A stretch of DNA of 64,000 bases from the NCBI GenBank assembly GCA_050084985.1, contig JBITNC010000001.1, positions 19,530,001-19,594,000 on the forward strand, written 5' to 3'. The notes beneath the pieces are model-generated. The model was not told the DNA's origin and did no database searches. It was given only the letters and a program-made list of their open reading frames with translations. Below are positions 1 through 14,400 of the stretch, piece after piece; the stretch's first letter is position 1, and each line of letters begins with the position of its first letter. The translations under genes and the position numbers were made by a program. The stretch comes from Nageia nagi (Eukaryota; Plantae; Pinophyta).

Positions 1-1860
1 GTAATTTATGCAAATCTACAAAAAATTTCAAAAGTTATTAAAAAGTTGTAAAAGTTGTTAAAAAGTTGTACAACTTGCAAAAGTATTTGGAGATGTTGGG
101 TGCATGTGTGTACATTTTCAATGCTTGGTAAAAGTTGTTGCAGCATGTTCTTGCAAAATTTCAAAAGATGTAAAAGTTATCAAAAAGTTGTAAAAGTTGC
201 AAATATTGCACATATGCACCAATGGAATGTGTTGGATAGCCCAACATATCATTTGAAGCCTTATTTATCAGTTGAAATTAAAGTTGCATTGTTGATTCAA
301 TGTTAAGACAGATTTTGATACCATTTTGGACCTCTTGATAATTTTGCCAAAATAAGTTAATTTTACTTTGGTGAGTGTTCAAATAGGATGTAGTGTGAAA
401 CATATAAGCATTTCTAAAAACATATCAAAGTGGTGTTTGAGGTACCATCTCAGTGTTCGAGATGATTGGAAGCATTTGTAGTACTTAATCGAGTAATTGT
501 GTGCTCTTTGTAACAAGTTGAACAAGTGCCCTAGATGCCACTTTGTAGGTGGAATATTAAGAAAAATATTAATATTTAGGCTAAAAAATTTAATTAGAGG
601 TAGTTGGTACTAATATATGCATAAAATTCAAATTTCAATTGAGGAAAAAATGGCATGTATTGGAAAAAGATAATATCTCACTTTTTCAGTTTTAGATAGT
701 TTTGTAGGACAGTGGTAAAATGGTAAAATGCTTCATGTTGGGTCATAAATTTTAATATATTATGATTTATTTATGATCATCTCATCAAAATGAGCAACTT
801 TTCTTTTGAACTATCTCAATCTAACATCTCAAGGTATGAGTTTGTGCAAGGTGTCCATACTTTGTTCGTGAAGTGTTTGACAAAATATCTATTTAAAATG
901 TGAGGGTTTGGAATATTTTACATTATTGAAATATATGAATATATTCTATCATATGGTGAAATTTGAAGAAAAATCATCTTTATTAAAATTAAGTGGCACA
1001 ACAAAATAATGACATTTTGGAGGTATACATGTAAATAGAATGGCCGATAAAAGTATTGAGTTTCTTAAATAGAATATAGAGGTGCTTTATTTTTCTTTGA
1101 GAAGTGAAAGAGTTAATTTTTTTAGAAAGGATAAAAAATATTTATAAAAAGGAGTTACAAAAAAAAGTGGTTTTTTCTCAAGCAAAGAGTGAAAAATAGA
1201 TAATGAAGGGTGTTTCACGATTTTGGCTATAACTTTTTATCTATTACTCTACTTGAGCCCATTCTTTTTTCAAAGAATGCAAAATTTGAATATTTATAAT
1301 TTTATACTTTATCCCATAGGATAAATCATTTAGAACTAAAAACATCATCTTGTGGTATGAATTCATAATTTGTTTTTGAGGGTTTTTGTTGAGCTTATGG
1401 AAAAACATTGTTGTGTGTGCAGAGAATCAACTTTCAAATTATTGGAGTGTAGTGGGATTGAGATAGTCAATGTGAGAAGAGATTAAAATTGATAAAGAAC
1501 ATTCAAGGTCTTCAAAATTTGGATTCATTTTTGCTACAACTTTGAGATCTTGTCGAGTGGGTGCTTGGTAATTAGGGTCTGAGCTTCATGCAGTGGGTGC
1601 TGTAAAATATTTGGATGGTTGGTGCCATCCTCACAATGGGTATTGCAAAAATTTGTAAAAGTCCATGCATTTTATTTTCAAATGGATTTGGGTGGGATCC
1701 CAAGTAGTCCATTGGTACAGTGATTTTTCCCATATCAAGTTTCCACTATAAATCTTGTGTTATGTGATGCATGCTTTTGTGAGTGTGTTTGATTACTAAA
1801 TTTTTATAGTTAGTTAAAGTTTTAATTCATACTAATTCACCCCCATATTAGTGTCACACA
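1..1860 (+). mobile_element. Decayed LTR-like remnant (right end of an LTR)
   Basis: Repeated AAAAGTTG units at 30-200; ends in CTAATTCACCCCCATATTAGTGTCACACA, similar to the ATTCACCCCC U5 end of some plant copia LTRs. Confidence 0.35.
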
Positions 1861-3597
1861 TAGTTCAAAAATAAAGATACTGAAACAATAAATATCATGC
1901 ATCTTCACCATTTTTATAGTTAAAATTACTTTATTTTCTATGTATATATTGTAGATATATATAAATTTTACAATGAACTAATAAAAATAAATGAATTTAA
2001 CATATGGAAACCAAAAAGATCAAGATTGTTCATGTACCATTGGAAAGAAAAAGAATAAAGTATCATGGTTTGAGAAACCTATATATTTAGCAGATAGAGT
2101 TGCATCCAAACTCAGATAATTCACTTTCCAAGGACCACAAAATTTTCTTCAATTACCTATTGACATACAGAGAGATATAGCCTTGAATAATTATCCAAGC
2201 AAATTCGATGGATGGAAAATTTGTGTTATAGGAGATAATCTTGATATTTACATAGATAGGATTGTGTATTTCTTAGGTTTTTGGCATTACCATGAGCAAA
2301 TACATAAAATAAATTTATTATGCTTATGTTAGCCTACTACATCACCTAGAATCATACTTGATTATACTTTTAATGAATGGGTTTTAAATAATGCATTTCA
2401 AAACCCACAAAGCCTACATCCAATCCTAATTTGGATGAATTAGCATGTAGTAGATATATATCATCAAAAGTTAATGTATGATTTTTCTCTTACCTTTGTG
2501 CCTAAATTGAGGAAATTAAGAAAATTTAAAAGAAATATTAATAAATAATTTTCTCGATTAAAATCAAGGTTTCTCCTTTCTTCTTCTTATTATCATTTAG
2601 GAAAACAATTTATAATAAAAGGATTACAAGTCCTAAAACAAACACATTTTTAGTTTGATTACATTGGTCAAAATTATGGATAGATACAAAGGAGATGTTT
2701 ACATGAAATTACTTTGAAAAACTCCTTCTATACTTATGGCTCATTTCCTTGATTTACCAAAATATATGCAATTATCAATAAGCATGAAATATTTTGAAAA
2801 TCATACATCAAATGCATGGGAATTGAAAATAAATTATTCAAAGTTACAATTGAAGTAAAAGCATAAGAAATATGAATGGAATAAGAATATGAGATTAGTT
2901 CATTACAATGGTTCTGCCTACATTGGCCTTATGATAGACCCAAAATTTTGATAGATTGTGTTGAAGATATCAATATCAAATTTATGGCATGTTATTTTAC
3001 ATTGAATTCAATTATTTTTTATCAAGTATTATCATATCTTATGTCATCCTTCATAAATGATAAAATTGTATATAATTATAGTTCATTGTTTAGTAACAAT
3101 TATTATGTGAATAATCCTTTAAATATAAAAATATGATTTAAATGAATTATTCAATGCCTCAATGTAAGGAAACAAATTTAAAAAAATAGTCAAAAATATT
3201 GTTTAATAACTATCAATAGGAGTATTGTTGCCACTATAGGGAGTCTCATCCCATAGTTCTCATTATCGACTTCTCAACTACCATTGTACCATCACCATCT
3301 AATTCATTTTACCCTACCCTCCTTTTTTATGCTTCCTAAGGTACATATTGAAGCTTCAACTTCATATACGGAACCTAAGAGAGTTATTAGAAAGTTCAAG
3401 CCAAAAACTAGACCATCACTTCCACCACTTGTTTCATATCCCATTCACTCTCAACCATCCATTCTAGTACAAGGTCTTCTTCACCTTCAATTTAGGCCTC
3501 CTTAATATTACCACTTGAGTCATGGATGTTGGATCATTTTTAAGAAATCCATAGACCAATTCCATTTGAGGATTATAAATTGTTTCATGTCATGTTA

Positions 3598-3700
3598 AAA
3601 CACACACACACAACACACACACACACACAACAACAACAACAAAAATAACAAAAAATACAAAAATAACAAAAAAAATTTAAAAATATAAAAATAATAAAAG
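3598..3700. repeat. Compound microsatellite (CA)n-(CAA)n grading into A-rich repeats
   Basis: Directly visible. Confidence 0.9.
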
Positions 3701-6559
3701 TATGTATTTTATGTGTTGTATATACATTGTTTGATATCTTTGCATGCCTACTAATCACTTTCATGCAAATAAAATCTTTGTATATCATGTTCATATAGCC
3801 TTCTTCAATTTTTGAAGTTTGCATATATAATGTTTCAGGTGGTCAGTTGTGTTCAACACACATATATCATGAGTCATCTTCATTGTGTTTCTAAACCCAC
3901 AAGTCAACATAGTTTATCTTTATCACATTCTGCCTATCCCTTGGGAATTATCTTCCTTAATACCCCATGTTCACCTTGTACATTCCCTAGCACTCATATA
4001 GAGAGTTATACTCCATCACTATATATAGATATAGATCACTTTTTTGAGTTTCTTGATGGTATTCAACATAAAATCTTATCTATGGAAGCATTTTTGTGTC
4101 TTTTATATGGATCTAATCATACATATAATTCCCTTAAAAATTGTTTTTAGGTGAGAATCATTATTAATCATGATCCATATTGGGACACTTGCATAATTTA
4201 TGACATACCTAATGAAGAGTTTCTCCAAAACTTCATTTTCTTATTTTCTAGACCAGACTTCATATGGAGGATTACAATCAATGCTCGTATCAATACATTC
4301 TTATACTAACTAATTACATTCTATGTCCCACAATCATTACATCCTCATGAGTCATTTGACATACTTACCATCGCCAATGTAATAGCACAAAATATTTTCC
4401 ATTGGGATTCCATGTTCTCTATTTTTCTCACCTATCATACAACACATTGGTTTGTTGATCATGTGATCCATATGCTATTTCATTTTCACACCATATCTCA
4501 TAGTTAGTTATTGAAATCCTTCATACAACATGGATTTAATCACAAAGAATCAGATGAGGATTAAAAACTCATCAAATTCAAAAAATCATAAACCAAAAAA
4601 ATCATAAAAATATATATGTACATATATATATATACACTCTCAAACAATTATTTCTAAAGCATCTTGGCAATTAGGTGCATTTCCCTATGTGTTCATACCA
4701 TACCATTGTGTTCTTCTTGTCTATTACTTCCATTATCATAAAACTATTGAGTGTCAAACATGATGATTCTAGTAACTTACCAAGTTATACATACAAACCA
4801 TACATCTATTCATATATTATTAGTATATATAGTTATACATATAAATAAATAAGTTGTTTATGAATATAATATTCATATTATATTTTATCAAAATATCTTT
4901 CGTAAATTTTTTAAAGCTTAAGATGGTGAACAAACATAAACTTGATACACTTTTAGGATATTACAAACTCATAGTTATACCATTCATTCATATTCATTTC
5001 CCATGAGTATATGTTTACATATATATACCCATACATTCATTCAATTTATTCCATTTCATATTTATGTATTATCTCATTATTTGTGTTCAAAATCATGTGT
5101 ATAAATAGCCAAGAAATAGAAAATGATGATATTTGATTTTGTATTACTATAAATAAGATATTGTCCTAATTATAACTAGATCATTATAAAAAATAATGAT
5201 AAAAATAATAACAAATTAAATTTATAACATTACATCATCCATCAATCATAATTATATCATATAGGAATGGATTGGATCTGCTGCTATATGGACCATACCA
5301 TAGCTTGTTCCATATCTCTCCTACATGCACTTATTGCAATATGCTCTATATCTAATCATATCCTCATTTGTATGCCTATATTGTTGTAACTAAGCATATA
5401 AAAACTTATTATCTTAATGAGACTGATCAACTAATGACCATGATTACCCAAGTAAAAACTTGAGCTCATCAATCTTTCCAAGTAAGGAGTCATAGTTACA
5501 AACCTATGGGATTGGTCCCTCCTCCTCTTTAGCTCCCTCACCTATGTTGACCTCTTCCTTAGCCTATGTCTCCATCATAGGTACATCCTCTATAGGACCC
5601 CTCTCAACATCATGCTCCTCCTCCACAATAGGCCCTACACTAGGATCCTCTACACATTATTGCACTCTATTATCCTAATCACACTCATCAATCTCCTCCA
5701 ACTCATCCTACCACCAAGTAGCAAAAACCTTTGTAATCCCAACATCATCTACATATGACTCCTCATTAATATTCTCATCCCCTGTAGGATCAGGCTTAGC
5801 ATATACTAAAGGCTTAATACCCTCTACAAGAAGGCTTCCCTCTCATTGATACCTCTTAGGCTCTAAAATAACATCCTACATGAGTTCAAACTAGCATCCG
5901 ACATGCTCAAACCTAGAATAAGAATAAACTAACTTAAGTATTAAAAAAATTCAACTTAAATGTCGAACTTTGATGATCAGGCAATCAAGTTGCAGAGTCA
6001 CTAAAGACCCATAAACCCTTTGGCCCTAGTAGGAGATCATGGCCATAATGCCCAAAAAGGATCAAAAATTATAAAATCTAAGCTAAAATAAAAAACTAAA
6101 TGGTTGAAAAATATTTAAATGAAAAAATATTAACTCCTATGGTTTCCATTTTCAAATTAAGCCCTAGAATTAACCTATTAAATAAAAAATTAAAATGGGG
6201 GTTTTAAAACCCTACCTTCTCTCTGATTGGCCTCATATGGAAATTTGAACTCCTCCTTGGTGGCATGTTGACTCACAAAAAGTGATAGAGTAGCTAAATA
6301 GGTGATCAACGATAGAAAAAATGCAACAAGCTGATAGGAACTCAAAAAATAGTAAAAGATAAATGAGAGAATGATAACTTATTTTATTTTTTTATTTAAC
6401 TCACAACCTCTGATATTCACTATTTTAAATCAGATATTGGCAACTGAGGTGAAACGTTGACAACTCACAAAAATTTAAAATCTCTAAAAAATGAAAATAC
6501 AAAAAATATTTGAGCCCTCCTTCTATTATTCTATCAAGTGTCTAAATAAGGAAAATACA

Positions 6560-7975
6560 AAAATATGTAATTATACAAATGTATGTACATAAAAATATTT
6601 AAAATGCCTCTTTAGGCACCTCATCATGAATCCTTGATAAGGTAACAAAAATATGTCGAAAATCAAAATAAGCAAATATCCCAATTATTAAAATAATCAA
6701 AATTACATATCAAAAAGAAATTGAATCTCATGATTCAAATTTTAAAAAATCACACATGATTAAAAAGCATAATATGAATTTATGCATACGATCATCATGT
6801 ACCCTCACTAACAAGATAAAATATAGTAGAAATCAAACCAATTGTATACACTAAACAAGCTTACTATCTCATACTAGTTTTAGCATGTTGAGACGAACAT
6901 AGAGTCTCATCACATAACTACCACAAATAGCATACAGTATGGAGGTAGACACAAGCAATATTTTGGTATATGCTATAATGGTTTTCAAAATACCTTAAAG
7001 TGGAAAGTGATTAGAACATGATTTGATTATGATTCGACCAATCAAATTTGACTTATTCACATAGATTAGGTCAATTTTAAACATCAACTTAGGAGTCAAA
7101 CTCACAAGTTAAGGAACTTAAATGAAATCTATATTTCAAAATAAAAAACACAAAACTTTTAAGGCCTCCTAGTATTCTATTAAGAATCTAGATAAGGCAA
7201 TATAAAAAAGTGTGCATATATAAATATAGGCACATAAAAATACATAAAAAAATATTTAAAACCCTCCTTTGGCATCTCATCATGAGTCCTTGATGGGTTA
7301 ACATTAAGAAAGCATCCCTTCACCATTCATTGATGGGATAATTATCATGTTACACCCCCCATCCTGAATCTTCAATGTTACAAAATAATAATTAATTAAA
7401 TAAAAAATTAATTAAAAATTAAAAAAATATTCAAACTAAAAAATGAAAAATATGTCAAAGACAAAATGAGAAAGCCTCTTACTTATCAATTCAACCAACG
7501 TTAAATATTTTGGAAAGACTAAAACTTATGAGTAATTTCAAATTTGAAAAATGACTCTTCTTTTGATAGATAAAAGAAGGATAAACTTGAACATGACTAA
7601 ATACATTGTATGAAGTTTTATGAAAGATTATCATGTAACCCTATTTTTGAGATAAAAAGAAGAACAGTCAAAATAATTATATTCATAAAGTATGATTCCT
7701 TATCACATTCTAGCTTTAGAATGCAAAGATGAACTAGAGTCTCATCATGTAACTATCACAAACAACATACAGTATAGTGATAATACATAAGTTTTACTTT
7801 GATAATACAAAAATACTATTTTCAAAATGCTTCAAATGCAAAAGATCAAAAATATACTTAATCATGATTCAAACAATCAAATTTGCCTTATTCTAAAGAA
7901 TAGGTCAATCCAAAACATTGACCAGAGTCAAAAATCCAAGTTAAGAAACTTGAATACAACCACCTTCAGAAAGGT
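6560..7975. repeat. Diverged direct duplication (about 6560-7140 and about 7215-7975)
   Basis: Colinear shared blocks: CTCATCATGArTCCTTGAT at about 6620/7277, AGAGTCTCATCA..TAACTAyCACAAA at 6901/7736, CAAGTTAAGrAACTT at about 7105/7937. Confidence 0.7.
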
Positions 7976-9778
7976 AAATTTTTGAATTATCCCCTGCTTA
8001 CAATTAGTAGATAATTCAAAAAGGGGAAAAATGTAGATACCCAAAATTGACCCTTATTTTGATAGATGAAAGAAGGATAAAAAATTGAAACATTATTATA
8101 AATTTCTAATAAAATGCCAATCACTAATGTCCAACCCCAAATATCGATGACTCAAGCTAGACATCAGCATCCGATGTTTGGATGTTGATGATTTTTTGAT
8201 TGATAAAATAAAAATAAAAATGGTTAGTTTCTGAAGTGACTTGAATAAAAGCTATGGATCATGTATGACTTAGCATCCATCCTACATGCCTAAGCTTCAA
8301 ATCATCGCCATGAAAAAGTTGGATAAGCTTTTTTTTTCCAAATTTATGTCTCTAAAATGGAAACTTTATCAATTTCCCAACTTTATAAATTAAACCTTCA
8401 ACATTGAAAAAAAAGGACCCTAATTTGAAAGTAAAGCTACTCTACTAAAATTTATCCATAAACTTAGTGAGTTGAATTGTTTATGTTTTAATGCTTTTAT
8501 GTGTTCATTTTGCTTAGAATATTATGTTTCTTTTCTAAAATGAATAGGCATGTTTGATATATTTTCTATTCACATGTGTGTAGGGTCCATAAGTGTTGAA
8601 TGATAAAGTTATTAAGGACATTTGTATGGAGAAGAAGAAAGGAAATTAAAGACTATTTACTGGTTTCAAAAGACAAATTTAAAAGTCTACAAACATAGTC
8701 ATAGAAATACCAATGATTGGGATTTGAATGCCAACAATCAATACCAATCATTGAACAACTACATCAAGACATTGGTGACTTTGTAAATGGCCACAAAGGC
8801 CTAAAACAATATTTTGTAAAATCCCTTTCAGTAAGGCACAACGAATCTAGAGATTCATTACTATACAATTGAGGTCTATCTAAGAGTAATAAAGAATATA
8901 TTTTTCTTAGTATTTTTTGTCTTGTTTGCCAATAGGGTTGCTATTTGGGTAGTACACCATGATACACAAGTTCATTTCAATAGTAATATTTATATATTTA
9001 AGTATATGTTTATGGTCAATCAATTATATAAGGTTAATTTAAGCATCTACAGATAGATACATTTCTATCATTTGGAAGGAAATAAAAATAAACTAAATTC
9101 AAATTTCAAGATCTCATATTGTCATGTTCAAGGTGAATAAAAAAATTATATTATAAAATATAAATATAATTTCATTACAAATTACCAACTAATTAATGGT
9201 TAACTTGTTGTAGTTTCAAATCATTACATGCTTCATATCTCTAAAACTTTGACTCTCTATTCACAACTGGAAAGGATAGGTCCAACCAGCCCAACTGATC
9301 ATCAGTACTACATAACCAGCCAACCAATTCATAGAGTACATATGATATATTGGTTTGACTAACTGGTTTGCAACATATTCATTTGTACTATATTTCTAGA
9401 TTTATATAGTTTATTCATTTTTATCTTTGTTTGATCTTGTGTTAAATTTCGATGGTTATTACACTTTGTAAGGATGCTAACCACTATTTTTATACTATTA
9501 TAGATAGGTTTGAGAGTCTATTTTAGTGTTTTTTTTATCTTGATCAGATTGTAATAATGGTTGAGCACATCTTCTTAACCACTCTAGTCTATGTTGAGCT
9601 CAATCCTTGATTTATATATACTTGTAAGCATTTCATTTTTCGCAATGGAAAATCTATAATTATGGTATCAAAGCTTTTAGATATATTGGGTTAGAGGATA
9701 CCTTTTGGGTTTAGTTACAAAAATAATCAAATTCTTGTAAGTTACAGTCCCAAAATTTGTTGATTTGTTTAAGAAGTA

Positions 9779-11489
9779 ATGACTGCCAACAACAACACCT
9801 TCCCATTCCTATTTAATGAAAAGAACTATGAGTATTGATCCATTAAGATAAAGACACTACTTATAGGAAAATGCTTATGGGATATCATTAAATAACACTA
9901 TAGTGAGCCATAAGACTATAATACTCTCCAATGAAATGAAAAGAATGTGAATGAGGCTCCAAAGAACTCTTTTGCTCTTTACTATCTTCAAGCAAGCTTG
10001 GATAAGAGTATCTTTCCAAGGATAGCTTCTTGTGGCTCAGTAAAATATGCTTGGAAGTCACTACAATAAAACTATCAAGGGAGCACATAAGTGAAGCAAG
10101 TGAGGCTTAAAATATTGAAGATATATTTTGAGAATTTCATAATGAAGGAGGAAGAGAGTGTGGCAAACTAGTTTGTAAGAGTTAAAACTTTTGTTGCCAA
10201 GATGAGATGTCTTGGTGAAACCATTTCCAATGAATTAATGGTGAAGTAAGTATTGAGGTCACTACTTCCAAGATGGAAAAATGTATTCATTATCACTAAA
10301 GAGAGTAAATAATTTTCTAATATTGACTTTTATATGCTCATTGGTTCCTTGACAAGTCATGTGGAAAGACTCAAAGATCCCACTCCTTTTAATGGTGATT
10401 TTGGTGAAGATAAGGATTTTGCATCCAAGGAGGGTTAAGCCAATTGAGGTACATAAGGGAGAGATCCAAATACTTCTAGAGGAAGAAGGAGAGAAATATA
10501 AAGAGTTAGAGAAAGAAGAGGTGGCCTTCAAGGTAGAGTAAGAGGAAGATCTAGTGAGAAAAGTGACAAACAACATTAGTATTGTAACAAGTTTGGTCAT
10601 TTTGAGAATGAATGTAGATTGAAAACTTCTCATGAAGAGAAAAGTGGAGGAGAACACTATGAAAAGGAATATTATTACTTAAAATTATTTATTTTCATTA
10701 AGAAACTTGATGCAAAATGTAATAATACTTGGTTGCTTGATATAGAAGCTTCAAACCATATGTACTATAAGGAGTTTGTTTGCTTCAATAGATAAGTCGT
10801 ACAAGTCTAAGATAAGACTTAGAGATGAAAAAGCTTTGCAAGTAGAAGGCATGGGGGCCATGGAGATAAGCACCAATGAAAGTACCTAGAAGGTAAAAAA
10901 AAATTAATACACTCCAAATCTCAAGCACAATTTGTTGAGTGTAGGCCAAATAATGGAGAGAATTTATAAGATTATATTTGAAGATACACAATGAAAACTA
11001 TATGATAAGAATCATAGTAATAGGTTGGTAAATTTAATAAAAATGGTTGAAAACATATTATTTCCTCTCAAATTTTGTGATAATGGTGTAAAACTTGATA
11101 CAATAGACATGGATAACAAAAATTGGCTTTGGAACTTAAGATATGGTCATCTCAATTTCAATCTTTTGAGAATGTTAACATATCAAGCCATGGTTTGTGG
11201 GCTGCCCAAACTTAAATAAAAAAAAGGAGGAGTGTATGAAGGATGTACTTTGGGAAAGCACTCAAGGAAAAAATTTCCAATAGGTGAAGCATGGAGAGCT
11301 TCAAATCCCCTTTGATTGGTGCATATTAACATTTGTAGGTCTATGCAAACACAAAGTTTAGGTAAAACTTCTTTCTTTTTCACTTTTATTGATGATATAT
11401 ATAGAATGTGTTGGATTTATTTCATAAAATCCAAATATGAAGCTTTCAAGTGATTTTAATATTTTAAAACTATTGTAGAGAATCAAATT
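9779..11489 (+). pseudogene. Copia A gag, protease and integrase N-terminus (disrupted)
   Basis: Zinc knuckle (YCNKFGHFENEC), WLLDIEASNHM protease, LWNLRYGHLN GAG-pre-integrase; many stops. Confidence 0.88.
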
Positions 11490-14400
11490 CTATGGCCATT
11501 TTTGTTAGCAAGATCAAACAAAATAGATCCCTATTGCCACTTCATGAGTCTATTGTAAAATTGGTTTATGAGAAGGCGAGTGTAAGTAGGATAAAGAAAA
11601 TTCCAAGAATTATAATTAGGGTAGGTGGTAAAATATATGATCCAAGTTAGGGAGCTTAGGATTAAGGGTGATTCCTCTATAATGCATAAGAAAAATGTAG
11701 GAGAAAGATCTAATATATCTGGGAGAGAAAAGAGTCCAAAGTCATACTCTCCTAGCTACATGAACCGATATATGACAAAGTAGAAGATAAAAAGAGAGTC
11801 TTTTGAAACTCAAAATATTGGATTATGTAGGGAGAAGGAGAATGTAGCTTATTCCTTAGAGCTTGTTGAAGAGGAGGAAGTGAAAGACATCTTGGGGAAT
11901 GAAATCATGGAGAAGTAAGGGTTGTAGGAAATCAAAGAAAACATTTAAGATGATGCAAAGAAAGAAAACTTTGTTCACAAAAAAGGGAGGTCAGAAGGTC
12001 TTAGTAAAAGAAGCAATACCTTATTTCTTAAAAAGATCAAAGCTCATGAATTTGGATGCAAATTATTTAAATATACAAAGAAGAAAAATGAGTAGAAGGC
12101 TCAATGGAAAAGAGGCCATGTAGAAAGTTGATTTTCTAGGAGCATGTATCTAGTAAGGAAGATGTTCTTTTACTAGATAAATTGATGAAGAAAAGTCCTC
12201 CAAAGCTAGAACTTAGTGTCTCCAACATGTTAGAGTGAATAACAATCTACAAAATCTAGATCTTCTAGCCAAGGAAAAAATGGATTTCTCTAAGCAACAT
12301 GCTTTAGGTTGTGTGGAACAAGGATTGCTATCCTCTTTCTCTGATGTAGTAACAAAATCCATGAAAATAATAGATGGATTATTAGGTTCACTAGAGGAGA
12401 GTATTTGTTTAATGAAAGAGGCAAAATGCATCAAGGAGAGTAAGTTGAGTGAGTTTTATGACTCTATGGATAATCCTACAATCCCTTTTGATGCAGGTAA
12501 GGAGAATGCAACAGTCTCAAAATACAAACCTAGTAATGTCTTACCAAGTGAAGGTGCTAAGTTTGATCCCATATTTGGTAGAATGACAAGGAGAAGAGAA
12601 AATATTTTAAAAGATATCCCTATGCCTAAAGAGAAGGAAAATGGTGGGGATACAGGATTCAAAATTCATGGCCATCCCCTCAATGATAATAAAATAAGGG
12701 TACTAAAGGTCTTATGAGAAGACACAGAAATCAACTCCTCCCTTAGGAAAAATAGTGCTCTGATGATCAACTTGGAAGAGCAGGTCCCCTTGCTAAATTT
12801 AGAATTATAGAAATTAGTAATTTCTTTTGAGAGTTGGAAAAAGTTTTAAAGAAGCGAAACATGAATAAAAGGAAACCAATAATAGATAATAAGAACCAAG
12901 TCCTTGTGATAAGGAGATGGAGTTTATGCCAAATAAGGGACCCATTAATTCTTCAAAAACTGATAAGGTGTTTGTAAAACCATAGTGGAAACTCCTCAGT
13001 ATCAAAATTCATAATGAAATATTAAAGGAACCAATCAGCAAATAGGGGGTGTTGGAACTATTTCTAACATTATTCCTAACTCCTAAGTCATTAGATTAAT
13101 TAATTAGGACTTATATATTCCTAAGTTTAAACATTAGCATGTGAGGAATATTTGGTCAAGGTTGATCATATTCCATAGTTAACCTATTTGTTAGCCATAG
13201 CCTATGGAATATATTTGAATGTAAATAAATAATCCATACTTAGTTGTACATGGATTGTGAGGTTGTAATGTGTAGGATTAGTTTTGGTTGTTATTCCTTC
13301 TATTTATGTGTGATAACTATTGTTGTGTTGTAGTTGGTTGTTATTCCTTGTATTTATGTGCAATAACTATTTTTGTGTTGTAACTTCTTCCATGAAGCTA
13401 TAAATCCATCTAATTCCATTCAGTAATAGAGAATGTGCAAGTTCACATTTTGGTATCAAGGCTAGTTGATTCATTAGATTTGGTTAGAGTGGGTGAAGTC
13501 TTGAAGGAACTTATCAAGCTCTTCAAGGATTGTTATCAAAATTGTGTTGTGCAACCTACATGGAATCCAACAACAATAATCATGTGTATGTTTATAGAGA
13601 GTAGGAGTTCTTTGTTGAGAAGAGGAGATCTATGTAAGGGTATATTATTTTATATCATGTAAGAAATAAAAAACATCACTCTCTAGATTGGAGATGGTGT
13701 GAGAGGCTGCTTGCCAAAGAGAAGGAGAAAATAACTGGGTAAGGTTTGAAGGAATCCCAAGCCACTAATGATTTGCATTATTTTTGTTTGTTTGATTTAG
13801 TGAAGCACATGAGGTGTGTGGAAAGGTGGATTGATTCATTGGACTATTACACCATTTGTTGTATCTAGTGACATAATGTAAATGTTGTCGATGTAAACCA
13901 TGTATTTGATGACCTATGTGTAAAACCAGAGAGCATGTGTTTGTAGATTTGAAGGTTTATTGGGAAGATAAGGATGATAACAAAAGGAAGGTGAAAATTT
14001 TAGATATTCCAAAAAGGAATATTAAAATTTGGAGAAGATATATAATTTTTATTGAGATTGATTTTTGATGGTATGTATGAGGATTTATTAAATCCCTACA
14101 AATGGATATGGACACCATGTTTGAAGGCTTGGAGGTTCCAATATTTTATTGAGATAATTATGTTAAATGGAGTATAATAATGAAAACATTTTTGATGGAT
14201 AAGGAGCTTTGGGAGATCATTGAATATGGGTATGAAGAACCCATCACTTGGAGCTTGCTTTATGGTGAAGAGAATAAGATAAAGAAAGAGAAGCAATATC
14301 AAAATTGCTTGGCTCTTATGGATTTGAGGAGAGCTATTAGAGATAATTTATCTCTCATTACAAAATATAAAGTGTCAAAAATGGATTGGAAAGCCTTGGA

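Noticed and set aside
1900-5900. Possible coding sequence, including a Pro-rich stretch at 5500-5800
   Set aside because: Too decayed to assign; probably old retroelement debris.
12235-12717. 160 aa ORF as a host gene
   Set aside because: It lies inside an insertion within a copia integrase, has no recognisable domain, and is flanked by stop-riddled sequence.
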